NCBI GenBank assembly: GCA_002633005.1
Contig: NMRA01000116.1
Span: 438,035 to 502,034, forward strand
Source: Phoronis australis
Lineage: Eukaryota; Animalia; Phoronida
Direction of reading: 5' to 3'
DNA: 64,000 nt
Both the position numbers and the translations under genes were made by a program. Below, in pieces: positions 15,001 through 26,629 of this stretch; position 1 is the stretch's first letter; the number at the start of each line of letters is the position of its first letter. The notes beneath the pieces are model-generated. The model ran no database searches. It was given only the letters and a program-made list of their open reading frames with translations, and was not told the DNA's origin.

Positions 15001-18000
15001 ATGCTCTCTGGAAGACAATACTTGTTCTTGTGTCAACAAAAGTGAACGACGGGAAAAATAGTGAAAATGGAAGTATGCGCTAAACATGTTTTTCATGATC
15101 AAATTTAGACTGATAATTATGAAGTTGGTTATCTCGACATTCGATCATGTGAGTAGAAATGGTTCTTTAATGATATTAACAGTTAAAACTGGTCTGCGGA
15201 ATTACCTTGTTGGTTTCCTAGATCTTCGGAAACCTCTCGTCTCCCGTGATGAGTCGCGGGAACGTTGGTCACGTTTTGAAGCAGCGTCGAGATCCCACGT
15301 GACCAGAGTTCCCGCAACTCATCACAGTCAACGTCCCATCGAAAGAGACGAGAGGTCTCCGAAGATCTAGGAAATCAAAAAAGGTAATCCAACAGACCAG
15401 TTCGACTGTTAATATCATGAACATTCCTGGATGGTTCAAGGTCTACATTTTATTAATGGTTCTTTAAGTATTTCATAATAGAGACCATGTTGTTGGTGTA
15501 TTTTCCAGCGCTTCATATCCACTTAAGTTCGTCTATTCACACAGCTTTGATGAAACTTGATTGGGGTTTTAGGACAGCTATTAGAGGAGAGACAGAAATT
15601 AAGGTAATGTTTCAGAGGTGTTTTGTGTGCGTTCAGCTTGAATAAAAAGTGACATGTAATTACAAAATATATAACATGTTCGTTATGATTAAATTATCAT
15701 GTTCGAAACATGTAAAATATTTCTGTGACAACAGATATTGTTGAATATTTTCCTTTTCCTTTAGTTATAAAAAGGGTTGTCTGGGAGCAACATTTATTCA
15801 ACCGACGTGCCTGCGACAGGAATATCCAGCAACATGACATACTTTTCAACTCTTAAGATATTTTTGTTGTGGAGGTACACTGGAAGATTAGGGAAGACAA
15901 ATAAGGGCATTTCAGACTATTGATCTGGTTTCAGTTTGTGAAAAAAACCTGTTGAAAAAGAACACCGAACACCTAAAACCAAAATGACGCTGCAAAAATG
16001 TACGCAATTTGTAAAGCCATTGTTAAGCCTAAAGAGTGCCAACAGTCTTTAAACAAAAGCAAACCTCTTTTTAAAGTTAAACTTCAAGATAAACACATGT
16101 ACGAGTTTATGTGAGCCTATATAGATCCTAAGATTCGTCACAACACTCTACGAGCCAATTAATCTTCAAATATAAGTGCATGTGTTTAAATACGCTAATA
16201 TATGGTAGGCGCGGAAGGAACATTTTTGGACAGAGACAGCAACTAGGAAAAATGAAAATGGTCACCTTTCTCTCACCAAATGACATTTTTGTAATTATTA
16301 TAATGTAAGTTTGTTAACACTTTTAAACACTTCAATATTTCGAGACACTTGTATTTCAGAAAATGTTTAGTCATCTAGTATGTTCCAAGGTGTTTTGTAT
16401 TGATCTGCCTGAATGGGGGAACTCCAGATAAAAAAGCGGTCGATACGAGCTTGCATGTTAAGTGTAGCAGGCCTACAAGTAACATGCATTAACGGGAATG
16501 TTTACTTACCTTTTTCTAGGAATTTGTGGTGTAAATTTATGTTTTACTTACGCCGAAAGACATTTGAACCTTGTAATTCAATTTCAATGAAAATGAAATT
16601 ATTATTAAATCTGAAGTGTGACGAACTTTGAACAAATGGCACTGTGTGTCGGAGCATCCTTGTGGTATGTTAGTTTTGTTACTAGTTTCTGGCCTCAGTG
16701 TTTAAGTTGTAATTTGTTACACACGTGGCCAGGGCTACGTTTCATGAACCTATTTTAGTCCTAACTTAGACCGAAATAACAATGCTGTCATTCCATCACT
16801 TGTCACGTTGCGCTTGTTGAACAATGCTGTTGACGTCATGCCAACAATCAAACTTCATGAAAGGGAGCCCTGAAATTGAACATCGGCGGCCGGCTCGGCC
16901 ATTGATCACATTTATCTGAACGTAAAAAAGAGATAACACAGCTTATTCGGACAGAATGACGTTTTCGGAACTATACTTTTTCCCCAGAGATGTTGCTGAG
17001 AGCAAAGTTGGAAACTTGCTCATAGTGTCACACTTCCGGTTTGAGGAATTCTTATTTTATCAATATTACGGAAACTGAAAACTTCAAAATACATTTCGAT
17101 GCCAGTAAAATTTGTAACACTGATTGGAATATCTCAGAAATATAAATTAAACGTGTCCCTTTCATAGTTGACCTTTTCATCACTCTTACAGAAATTTACA
17201 TTGTAGTCGGTACTTCTAAAGAACATGACATGACTTTCCTGATATCGTATACCGAAAATCCTTTTTTCTTATCAGGGTAAAGGAACCCAAGTGACTTACT
17301 GGTTACTGGGAAAGAAAGGCTTCCGAAAAGAATTGCCAAGAATTTCTGTCAGGTGAGAATGACAATTCTGTTATGGGAAACGTCAGATTTTATTAGCTGC
17401 CCTTGCTAGGGCAAAACAGTCGCCTGGTTTCCCGCAGCTAAGTTTCATAACCAGTGGAGTCTCCTACACGGCACAACATCATTCAGGCTACGGCTGCTAA
17501 AATTCGGGGATAAGGTAGACTTATTATCATTCAAAATATTAAGAATATTTGGTGATTATTACCAACTGTTAAGCAACCGAAAACACACGAGTTGGCCATT
17601 AAGCGGATATTCTCAGATTTTCTGAACAATACCTAGGAATTAGGGAACCAAGGGGTTTTGGCCCCCTGACAGATCTATGAATTATTCATGTCCTCTTTGA
17701 CAGAACAATTGCGATGAGATGACGATCATGAGCTGAAATAGGTTACTGCCCAAAGGCCATGTGCAAACAGTCAAAATATCAGATTTCCCGGAGAACACTA
17801 CTTCCCGTTCTTGACAAAATCAAAATATGGGACATACAACTGCCACTGACATTACGTGTAGGCCTACTGAAGTAGCTTCTTCCGTTTGCCATTTTTCAGT
17901 GGTGACAGTGCAGTCGGCAGCATGGAAAACCTTGGGGAGACACCAAGCCCTGTTCCGTCTGCTTCACCGGCTCTTCTGCTCCCGAACAATTCTGGCGGGA

Positions 18001-18515
18001 AATGTAGCTCGGCCATGTCGTTGGTTGAGTCAGTCAACGATATCGACGTCAGCATGGGGTCACAGAGTTCAGATGTTTCAGGAAATGTTTCTGGTACAGA
18101 ATGTTCCACAAAAGATACTTTGCGGACACGTGATGCCAACTCTCCTGAAAAAGATAACAACGTCACAGAAGAAAACAGTGGAAGCGTGAAGGATTCCAAA
18201 AACAATGCCAAGAAAGTATCGGATTTCGGACCGAATGAATCTAATGTGAGTCCGAAGTCCAGAGACAAAATGTTGGGAACTAGGCGAAGTTCTGCTCCTT
18301 TAGAAGTAAGAGCATCGCCGCCGACAACTGCACGGACGCGTTGCTCTATTTCTTCTCCGTTTGATTTAACGAGGGAACCAAGCAAGTCGAGTTTAAAGAA
18401 AGTATCCATGAGTGATAGTTACGTGTTGCACAGACGTGATGCAAAGCCCAAAGTAGACTTTGTCTTTCCAAGCATTCCAGAGATAAAAGTGACTCAAGGG
18501 TTTTGTGACACTTGA
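1..18515 (+). CDS. Receptor-type (natriuretic peptide receptor-like) guanylyl cyclase, 5'-partial, 19 exons in window
   Basis: Phase-consistent exons: <1-103, 696-848, 1225-1514, 1856-1970, 2251-2460, 3489-3561 (TM: [23 protein letters not shown]), 4294-4450, 8897-8980, 9461-9715, 9937-10102, 10433-10582, 11424-11604, 13028-13156, 13846-13981, 14203-14271, 14400-14673, 15509-15603, 17276-17352, 17900-18515. ANF-receptor ectodomain motifs ([23 protein letters not shown]); kinase-homology domain ([29 protein letters not shown]); coiled-coil hinge ([10 protein letters not shown]); cyclase with GTP-specifying residues ([35 protein letters not shown]). Confidence 0.93.
2779..2940. mobile_element. 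Small non-autonomous DNA element (MITE), same family as 12010-12122
   Basis: Starts AGTGGCGGATTT and ends ATCCTGGACCCACCCCTG. Internal CAAGGGGGCCATGGCCCC...TAAAATT..CCCAGA..CCATTTGGCA is shared with the copy at 12010. Confidence 0.65.
4880..6748 (+). CDS. Intronless 622-aa protein with low-complexity/repeat N-terminus and C-terminal protein-kinase-like (probable pseudokinase) domain, nested in the guanylyl cyclase intron 4451-8896
   Basis: Uninterrupted 1869-nt ORF. Kinase subdomain-like motifs in order: [10 protein letters not shown] (Gly loop), YALKVF (VAIK), REVE (alphaC), [14 protein letters not shown] (catalytic loop, HRD lost), FLDVRDA (DFG altered). AATAAA at 7067-7072. Confidence 0.75.
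   Translation: MITNKKDILKRTNERLKLYIAQERAKNRIEELREALRDVIPDENEYESADDRYQMVSARDELTPSAYSEDAEKRSQQNKNSSNNNAHLSASREPQRDIILHEDETHNSNTNCSSGRQESQSNTNPDDIKLGGDFDGVETKSNASPPPGCFGDAEKGILCKRATCKNNNQEPHRDILLRGNSHEVKSNESPLPGCSVVGKKRTKQKRPFRNNRVHCLNVSQEPHRITTPRNFDSLECHEYEGLAEDGELSPPASSGHSNGCEDNSNLNSAMSLRSLTDGTLHMFPEEVTETRFLPVPGMSEDADGLDRQGDIQKLSVFQRAFRKVKSVFTMKKRSRNNINWYGYEPDFSFPTFKTSPLHNLSDFPINVGETVVHDPMSYNYVYRDGKPVLIDRGNYGCMFLVERQKMFYALKVFCKESSSFYEVRREVEMFQFVNEKGIGPQLRGVFPLEENAIHYSWGILFDIAGNNSCRGKTLRELLSEYKKEKPGFTRLRDQDWLDILITICEQINALNRAGVVLRAMNPDSIVVIKVNGVYKAQFLDVRDATLLKENPCTTHYGDFIKVCELMGLINWETQSNKRFHDASQLISQGSEKAHWEHVIEALRTERSATCSLFKKWFLCRKQ
12010..12122. mobile_element. MITE, second copy of the 2779-2940 family
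   Basis: CAGTGGCG...CAAGGGGGCCATGGCCCC...CCAACTCAAAATCCTGGATCCGCCC, visibly homologous to 2779-2940. Confidence 0.65.
15170..15418. mobile_element. Palindromic MITE-like element with ~75-bp imperfect terminal inverted repeats
   Basis: 15170-15243 (ATGATATTAACAG...CCTAGATCTTCGGAAACCTCTCGTCTC) is the imperfect reverse complement of 15345-15418. Confidence 0.75.
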
Positions 18516-18778
18516 CTTGCGTTACGAAATATTTTTGGACATATTCATAAATTCGTGTTTTGAGGTATTATTCTGAACATATTCATAAACTGTTTCATTT
18601 TGTGCATTATCAACTTATTGGGAGGTTGTCATTAGAAGTGCCAAAAAGTTAGAATTGTTATTTTTTAGAGCTCAAGCAGCGAATCTTAGTTATTCAAACA
18701 TTGGAACTGGATAATGAACATTCTAACGATAACACGTACAATAACAAATAGTAATACATAGTGATACAAAATATGAAT

Positions 18779-19120
18779 GTGATGACAGTGGTGGTGATGA
18801 TGACGATGATGGTGATAATGACGGTGATGATTATGATGGTGTTGATGATGATGATGATGATGACGATGGTGGTGATGATGGTGATGATGATGGTGATGAT
18901 TATGATGGTGTTAATGATGATGATTATGGTGGTGTTAATGATGATGATGATGATGATGATGGTGGTGATGATTATGATGGTGTTAATGATGATGATGATC
19001 ATCATCATCATGGTGATGATGATGATGATGACGATGGTGATGATTATGATGGTGTTGATGATGATGATGATCGTGATGATGATGGTGTTGATGATGATGA
19101 TGATGACGATGGTGATGATT

Positions 19121-19161
<41 letters not shown>
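18779..19161. repeat. Imperfect (ATG/GTG)n trinucleotide microsatellite, ~380 bp
   Basis: Direct inspection; it generates the spurious poly-Met and poly-Ile ORFs. Confidence 0.97.
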
Positions 19162-19906
19162 AGTAGAACGGAAAGATTAGATCCCGGCTCTAGAACGCAG
19201 CAGATCAGTTGATTATTTATCTTTGTCTAAAGATATATTGAGAATACGCGTAATCGCATACCGAGAGATGTGACAATGTGATCAAGAAAATGAACACCTC
19301 GGATGCAGTCAGAATACCTTGGTTATTTGTAGCCTAAAATTGTCCTTCGAAGGTGTTTCATATCTGCTCGTGCGCGAACTACAGTCATTATATCAAAAAC
19401 GGTTTGGTCGAGAGACGTCTAAAATCATGGCTTCAGGCAACGTAGCAGATCTGGAAAGTCATACGCGACGGTCATTTTAACCCTTTAGTCTGTCTTCTGA
19501 TGTTTGGTCAACTCGCAGGTTTATCCCGGCACATTCGACGACATTCTCCATTTTGAAAGTGGCATGACTAGCTGAAATGATTGAATATCGCACATGCGCA
19601 GATATAAAGCACTTCCGAGGGATAACTTGAGGATACGAAAATACCCGAGGATAAGCAATCGGTGCCGCTTTAACCGCAAAAATTATTCGCGATTGAAATC
19701 CTCACAGCGATCGTAATGCAACAATAACTTAGGACCCGCACACGATGCGACAAATGCTACAAGCCAAACATGCACGCCCAATGCAGCATCTTGTGTTGGT
19801 ACCTTAAATTTAGTGAGGGCGCCTTTAATGTTCATATAAATTCGATTTCTAATTCGCCCTCACCATTTGCTCAACAGAATTAGTGGACAAGTCATACAGA
19901 CGTATA

Positions 19907-20446
19907 CAGGATGTCACAAAAATGTCCACAAAAATATTCTGAAATATGAATATCAGGATGTGGTTTTACTGGGCACTACTTGGGCGGCGCAGAACTGAAA
20001 TAAGGGCTCTATGGTGCACCGCCCATGAACTAGTGTTTTTGTATTCCACGAACCCCAACATCTACTTGTTGTGGTCCAATTATTACCGATAGAATCCATA
20101 AATGAATAGTGACAAGTCAAACGAGGTTCAGTCAACCTTACTTTTATCACGAGTTGTGAACGGAACACAGACGCTGCTTTGTTGGCTCTCTTAAAACATT
20201 CGCATGCTCCGAGCACTTCCCTTTCAATTCGTTGTTCTTCGATATCTGCGCTTAAGGTGCGCCATTGGTTCCTTTTTGTGATAAAAATTTAAAAAATGCT
20301 ATCTTGAGTTAGACTCAAAAGTGGCACGTTTTCTAATTTTTACTCATTGGGCAAAACAAAATTGACGATGCCTGGAATAAGAAGAACATCATTAGTTGTT
20401 CCTGTACTCAGATAATTTAGAATACTTAACATTTTGGGACACCCTG
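19907..20446. mobile_element. Non-autonomous Tc1/mariner-type element
   Basis: TA|CAGGATGTCACAAAAATGT ... ACATTTTGGGACACCCTG|TA: CAGGGTGT-type TIRs with a TA target duplication. Confidence 0.7.
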
Positions 20447-20745
20447 TACTTTTGACTGGAAAATGAGTTTGACATCACCTAGTCTCAACGGCGTCGCACT
20501 TGATTAACACAGTATAAACGCTCATAAAATACATTCGCTTGAACCAGCGACATATTTCGTGTTCAATTAATAATGATTTGATTAATTACTTATTGCATAA
20601 GAATGAAATTAATAATGAATACAGACAATTTTAAAATGTGTTGTTGGCATTCACCAATAGGATTAATGCAGGTGCACCCCCGGAACTACGCGGGTACGGT
20701 TCAGCGATTCGCGATTCTTATTGGCAAACATGCCTATAAGAAGCG

Positions 20746-22356
20746 ATGGAAGAGTCATTTCGCTTTAGTCTCTGTAAAGATTCAGAAATGTTCACGTTTT
20801 GTGATGGGAACTCGTGTATAGCCGGAGTGGTCTTTTTCGTGTTCAAAGTTGGAGAAGCCATCTTGGATCCTAGTGTTAAACTTTATCTATACAAATCTGT
20901 ATGTGTGGAGCGATTTCTGACCAACGAAACCATATGCGACCATTTACATCACTACGAAACCGCTGAAGATTTGGTACAAATGTTATCCACAACCCAATTG
21001 ATTATATACAAACTTCTTTTGAACATACCTTCGATAGTTCTCGGCTTAGTCTGTGGTGCTTGGAGTGACGTCGTAGGGCGAAAACTTCCAATGTTGTTGC
21101 CGTGTGTCGGTAGCCTGTTGGCGGTCCTTATCTACATGTTGAGCACAATCATTGACCAACCCGTCATACCGTTTGTTTTCGTAGGTACGACCATTCGTGG
21201 AATCGTCGGCAAAAGTTCGGTTATAACAATGGCGGTACACAGTTATGTGTCGGATGTCAGTACGCAAGAAGCACGTACCAGTCGTTTCGGAAAATTATTG
21301 GCGATGAGTTTTTTTGGCCTCTTCTTGGGTTCGCTGATTGCGGGACTATTACTAGAGTATTCAAACTTTAACATCGTCTTCTGTTCAGTATTGCTATTGC
21401 ATAGTGCAACGATCATTGTCATTCTTTTGTTCCTACGCGAAAGTTTGCCAGAAAAAAACACAGCAAGCAGCGAGGAAGATTCGCCACAATGCGGACTGTT
21501 CAATCTAGAGTATGTTCGAGATTCCATCAAAGTGTTGAATAAACCCAGACAGAATAATGCCCGTTGTCACCTCTTGTTACTGCTTTGTGTGATTTTTGTA
21601 CATCAGACGTGCAAAGCTGGTCGTAATGACGTAACAATGCTGTTCCTTCGTCGTCGTCCTCTAGGCTGGGACAACGCCATCTACGGGTACTTGCTTGCTG
21701 TTAACTACGCCAGTATGGGATTAACGTTATTCTTTGTTCTCCCGCTTTTGTCAGGCTACTTAAAGGTTAACGACCTAACCATAGTTATGATGAGCATGGG
21801 CTTTCGCGTTGTTCATCTCGTTTTGTTGTCCGTCAGCGCCGTTGTCGGCGAATCGTGGTTAGTTTTTGTAGCGACAGTAATTGGTTCTGTTTCCGTCATG
21901 CTTGCCTCCAGTATCAAATCTATTCTGAGTAAAATTATCACTGAAGATGAGACCGGGAAACTATTTTCTTTTATTTCGTGCAGTGAGACATCATCGGCGC
22001 TAATTGGTGTGGTTATATTCACAAACATTTATGGAGCAACGATAGAAATATTTTCCGGTTTTGTGTTCGACGTCGAAGCATTTCTCTACGTGCTGTTGAT
22101 TTTTGTTGTCCTGTTCGTGTCGATCGATCAAAGATCTTCGTCACAGTATGCTCTCCTAAGCGATATAGCACCCAAATACTATGGATCAGAAGACAAAGAC
22201 AAATCCGAGTCATCTGCTTTGAATCGGAGCCAAACTGAAAAGCTACTTGGCACGTGCTCAGAGAAAGACAAACGCTCTCGGTTTCTTGGTTGTGACGATT
22301 CTGTACCGGGAAGTAAACTGCTGACAGTGCCGCATGTAGGGAATAGTCCAGACTGA
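20746..22356 (+). CDS. MFS transporter of the SLC46 (PCFT/SLC46A3-like) family, intronless, 536 aa
   Basis: About 12 hydrophobic segments; MFS motif A GAWSDVVGRKLPM; SLC46-type Cys-containing first loop (YKSVC...ETIC), SYVSDVS, LRESL, LSKIITEDETGKLFS. Confidence 0.9.
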   Translation: MEESFRFSLCKDSEMFTFCDGNSCIAGVVFFVFKVGEAILDPSVKLYLYKSVCVERFLTNETICDHLHHYETAEDLVQMLSTTQLIIYKLLLNIPSIVLGLVCGAWSDVVGRKLPMLLPCVGSLLAVLIYMLSTIIDQPVIPFVFVGTTIRGIVGKSSVITMAVHSYVSDVSTQEARTSRFGKLLAMSFFGLFLGSLIAGLLLEYSNFNIVFCSVLLLHSATIIVILLFLRESLPEKNTASSEEDSPQCGLFNLEYVRDSIKVLNKPRQNNARCHLLLLLCVIFVHQTCKAGRNDVTMLFLRRRPLGWDNAIYGYLLAVNYASMGLTLFFVLPLLSGYLKVNDLTIVMMSMGFRVVHLVLLSVSAVVGESWLVFVATVIGSVSVMLASSIKSILSKIITEDETGKLFSFISCSETSSALIGVVIFTNIYGATIEIFSGFVFDVEAFLYVLLIFVVLFVSIDQRSSSQYALLSDIAPKYYGSEDKDKSESSALNRSQTEKLLGTCSEKDKRSRFLGCDDSVPGSKLLTVPHVGNSPD

Positions 22357-25300
22357 TGATAAATATATCCTTATTTCGATTTTAGGTGCTTTTGTATACA
22401 CTTATTAGTAAGTTCGTTAGAAAATGTCAATTTGACGCGATGCAGATTTTTGCAAAAAAAAATTTAAAAAGCCAATGTCACAACGATACAGTTGCGTTTG
22501 AAACTGCTGGGTGACAAAACAAGAGCATCAGGGTAGACTTCAGTAGCTGTCTTGCTGCTGGAAAAATCTAGCCAAAATCACGTGTTTTCGTTTAAAATAC
22601 GCGGCAATATCTCGGGTAATCTCAAAGTCTTGCTTTTCTAGCGAGATCCTAACGAGGTCCTAACTTTATTGAACTCTACCGAGTACTCTAATGGCACGTG
22701 TCGCGTGAGTGTCTATGGCGATTGCGTCAACTAAAATATTTCTGCGTCTGAAATAAGCGCCTAACAAATCACTTTGTTTCGTAGCTCCTATATTACTCAA
22801 GCATGATCAAAATATAAAATAATGAGGAATACGAATTCAGTTCTGAAATTGACTAGCAGAGATATCCAAACCCCAGTTTACCATGAATAACTCCTATTAC
22901 CTGAGAGAACGTACTCTCAAAACTCGTAACAAAAGTGAAATACGTTTTTATTTGCAAAATGATAACCTCAAAACCAGCCTTTAAAGTGACATTACATGCG
23001 ACAAAAGTGAAAGTGACTTCCTAAGATCATCCGCGATGCCAAATCGAACTCACAAGCTCATCAGTAGCAGTCCAACACTTCACTTGAGGAGAACACCCCA
23101 CTTGATAAATAACAGAATATTTTAACTGTGTGTAACCGCTTACGTCATTGGCCTTGATTTCAACGAATGGTTGTCAAACAACGGTGATTGGTGATTTTAT
23201 AAAATCCCAAACACAACGGATTTTGTTGTTTAATAGCTCTGGTCAAACCTAATAACTTGGAAAAGACTACCCCAGTCAAGAATAATCCCCCAGTATGCGT
23301 TCGGTCGTAAAACCGACAATATTCCTGTAATTAAGACTTACAAATTGAATTTTCCAGTCATTCATGATACTTGCTGTATCAAAGCGATAATGTCAGGAAG
23401 TAATGGTGTCTTGTAGCAAGAAATTATCACGAATTCAAATTTTAATTTACTTCAAAGTAACAATTTTTATATTCATAACGAACCTTTTAAACAAATTATA
23501 GCAAATGATGCATAATAATCACAGAACTCTTTTGAATTAAAAATGGAGAACTTTATAGTTTTGATCGTGTTTTGTTTACGTAAAAGCTTTGATAATGTAT
23601 TCTCGTTAAGGGAAATTCATTATCTATAAACATATTTGAATTTTGAATAAATATCGTAGTGTCAATGAAGGTGGTCTCAGTTGGCCAAAATATGTAATAG
23701 TAATGGGCAACCAGCCCAGTCATCAAAAAACAGGAATAGGTACAGTAGTCTACAAAAGCACATTTAGAATGGAAAAATGCTTGACGTACGCACTTTTGAT
23801 GCTACATGGAGCAACTTTGTTTGAAAGGATCAAATTTTAGGTAAAACAAATATTTTTTATATTTCAACCAAAGGTTATTTTATCGCGATTCATTATATGG
23901 TTATAAGTGAAACGTACACATTTCACATCCACGTACGTTTTCTAAATGGATAAAGCGCCGTAATCCGTAAGACTTTTTGTTTGAACCAACTATCATTAAC
24001 CCCGAATCACTAAATAAACTACGTATTGGTAATCAGCTATTACGCGACGAACTTGGTCCTTATAAGTTGTCAAATAATATACAGTACAGAAATAAAATAC
24101 AAAAACATGATTCAAATTATGCAATACATAATACAAAATGTTTCGAGAAGATATCAAGATCCAGTTGGTCTTGGGATCAATGTTAAGAATCATGAAGCTT
24201 TGATTACAGTCAACGCATGACCAAATGATATGTGACGTAATGATGTGTATTCATCACAAGAGATCAACTGTATATTGGACGAATAGCGAATGAGACGTTT
24301 GCTTGAAGCGAAAGAGATCATCTTGTGTGAAGATGATCGTTGAGACAATATAAATTACAAGGCGTTCTAAATCTTCCTGTAGCACATATGTGAAGGTCAT
24401 TTGAAGAAAGACAACGCTAAAAATACGTTTTTCAAGAGCGACAGTACATCTAAAGACGCAAACAACTAAGCTAAACATGACAAGCTAAAACAATCAAGCT
24501 ATTGTTGATCAATGTTATATGAAAAAGCAAAAGAAACGACTGAAATAAGTACTTGAGTTTTTGTGTCATCCAGCATTTTATAGTTCCGTGTAAGTACTTC
24601 TCCAACCACGTAAATGTGACTTTCATGTAACTGATGACTGTAGACGTGTTTTGACTACATCTGTTGTTATCGGTACATCTTTTTCGATGTTTTTTATAGT
24701 CGATTGCTAACAGGAAATTTTCACCATCACGAATAATCTTTTAACATTTATTATATTTCAAAATTTGTGAATAGCTAGAGTTTGAGACCAGAAAGAGAGT
24801 CCAATCGCAAACCTTTTTTGTAACAGCTCTTCTGGCAAATTTGAAAAACTGGTATTTAAGGATTTGTGCTACTTTTTAGTGCAATTCAGCTGAGAAACGA
24901 ATTGTGTGGCCTAAGTGTAGTCTGAACTGCTGTTGAAAGCATACTTCAACACCCTATTTGCAAAATGACTTGTATGATTATGTATTTACTTACAGGAAAA
25001 TTAATCAATTTGACAGGAGCTCGTGGAAAATTTCTATCAAACTATAATTGTGTAGACTGTAAATTGGCATACAATCACGGGTATTCACCAAACTAAGGTC
25101 ATCTGAACGGTGATAGAACATGACTATCTATTGTAGTTCTGACTTCTTCAGACACATCGTTTGTATTATAGCCTACTAAAATATTCTTATTCGATGACGA
25201 ATACATGTAGAAACCAAAAATAACTTGCGAAATAATCATCTCCTTTATGTGCAAATTATACGCGATTGACGTAAGGAAGACTGGAATTTGTCGAGCATTT

Positions 25301-25614
25301 ATTTTGGCGGACTAATAAGAGAACGCAGTTGTCATTATCTGTTGAGTCGAGCAATTAGATTTTTGACAGCGTTTATTTAGATGAGCTTCTAATTTGTTTT
25401 CAATGGTCGATCGATAGATGCGTTGACGAGTTAGAGAAAGTCAATGAGACATTATTTAATCCATGGGCGAAGTGTCTAAAAAGAATGCACGCTTTTTGTT
25501 GTGTTCCGGTTTTTTAACGACTTTTGAATATGACCAACTCTCGCTCTAAATCTGACGTCTTGGACGAGTTCCGAGAACAGGATCTTTCATTTCAAGAACA
25601 AATGAAAGAAGCCG

Positions 25615-25663
25615 TAGTTGTTGTTGTTTCTGCTGCTGCTGCTACTGCTGCTGCTGCTGCTGC

Positions 25664-25694
<31 letters not shown>

Positions 25695-25711
25695 GCTGCT
25701 GCTGTTGTTGT
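25615..25711. repeat. (GTT)n/(GCT)n compound microsatellite
   Basis: Direct inspection. Confidence 0.95.
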
Positions 25712-26629
25712 CGAAGACAAGCAATGCTAAATACCAATAATGGTGTTGGTAAAACAGTGTTTAAATAACCTTAATCACGCTGACCACTTTTTTATTAGTG
25801 TATAAAAATGATCAAACGCTATATGTAAGGTGAATAATGACAAAATTACGGTTGAATAAGAAATTAACTATTGAGTATTCATTAAATGAATGGTTGGATA
25901 TTCATCAAATGAATGATGGATGACTTAATTCACGCAAATGACAACTATAATTATTCTCAAAATCAAACATGGAAGCGTCATTCCGGTTCAGCGGATAGAA
26001 TTATCATATAAAAGTATTTGCACCGAATCCAAAATTAAGCAAAAGCATATTAAAACTATAGATTGGCAAAAGGGACTTGCGGATAAAGGCGCTTTCTAAA
26101 CAAGACAAAAATAAACTTATTTAATTCCTGTCATTCTAACATTAAAAGCCAGTTATCTAAATAAAACTTCTCTTGAGCAGACTGTAAGGAGACAATGTGG
26201 GCAGTGACAATTGTGAATGCGTTTCAAGAATTTTAATAGGTATAGGTGCTTTATTAGATTACGCAAACGTGTCAGTATTCAATACATTCATTACTTGAAA
26301 GTCTCGCCGCATCACATGAAAGAAATCGTGTCCCTTTCATTTCACAGCATTAGAAAATATATCGATTTTAAAGTTATTCTGGCTTTTAATAACCGCTAAT
26401 TCGCAGGCAAATCAAAATCCGCAGTTTGTCTACAGTTAGTTAAATAAACCATTTTATGCTCCTGTGAAATGTAGTGGAGAGCATACTACTTGACGGCTAT
26501 TAACCTTATACACAAAACACGAAAACGCTTTCGCAATCACACACATTCGTGTTTATAGTCATTTGACTAACGACGAAAATGCAAAAGCAAAATCCCTCGG
26601 ACATTTAAATAATATGACACTAATTACGC

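Noticed and set aside
17827-18409. Overlapping 120-aa (+) and 181-aa (-) ORFs
   Set aside because: Shadow frames of the cyclase last exon, with no independent motifs.
18694-19180. Poly-Met/Val and poly-Ile ORFs
   Set aside because: They are translations of the (ATG)n microsatellite.
25524-25730. Ala/Val-rich ORF resembling a TM protein
   Set aside because: Derived from the GTT/GCT microsatellite.
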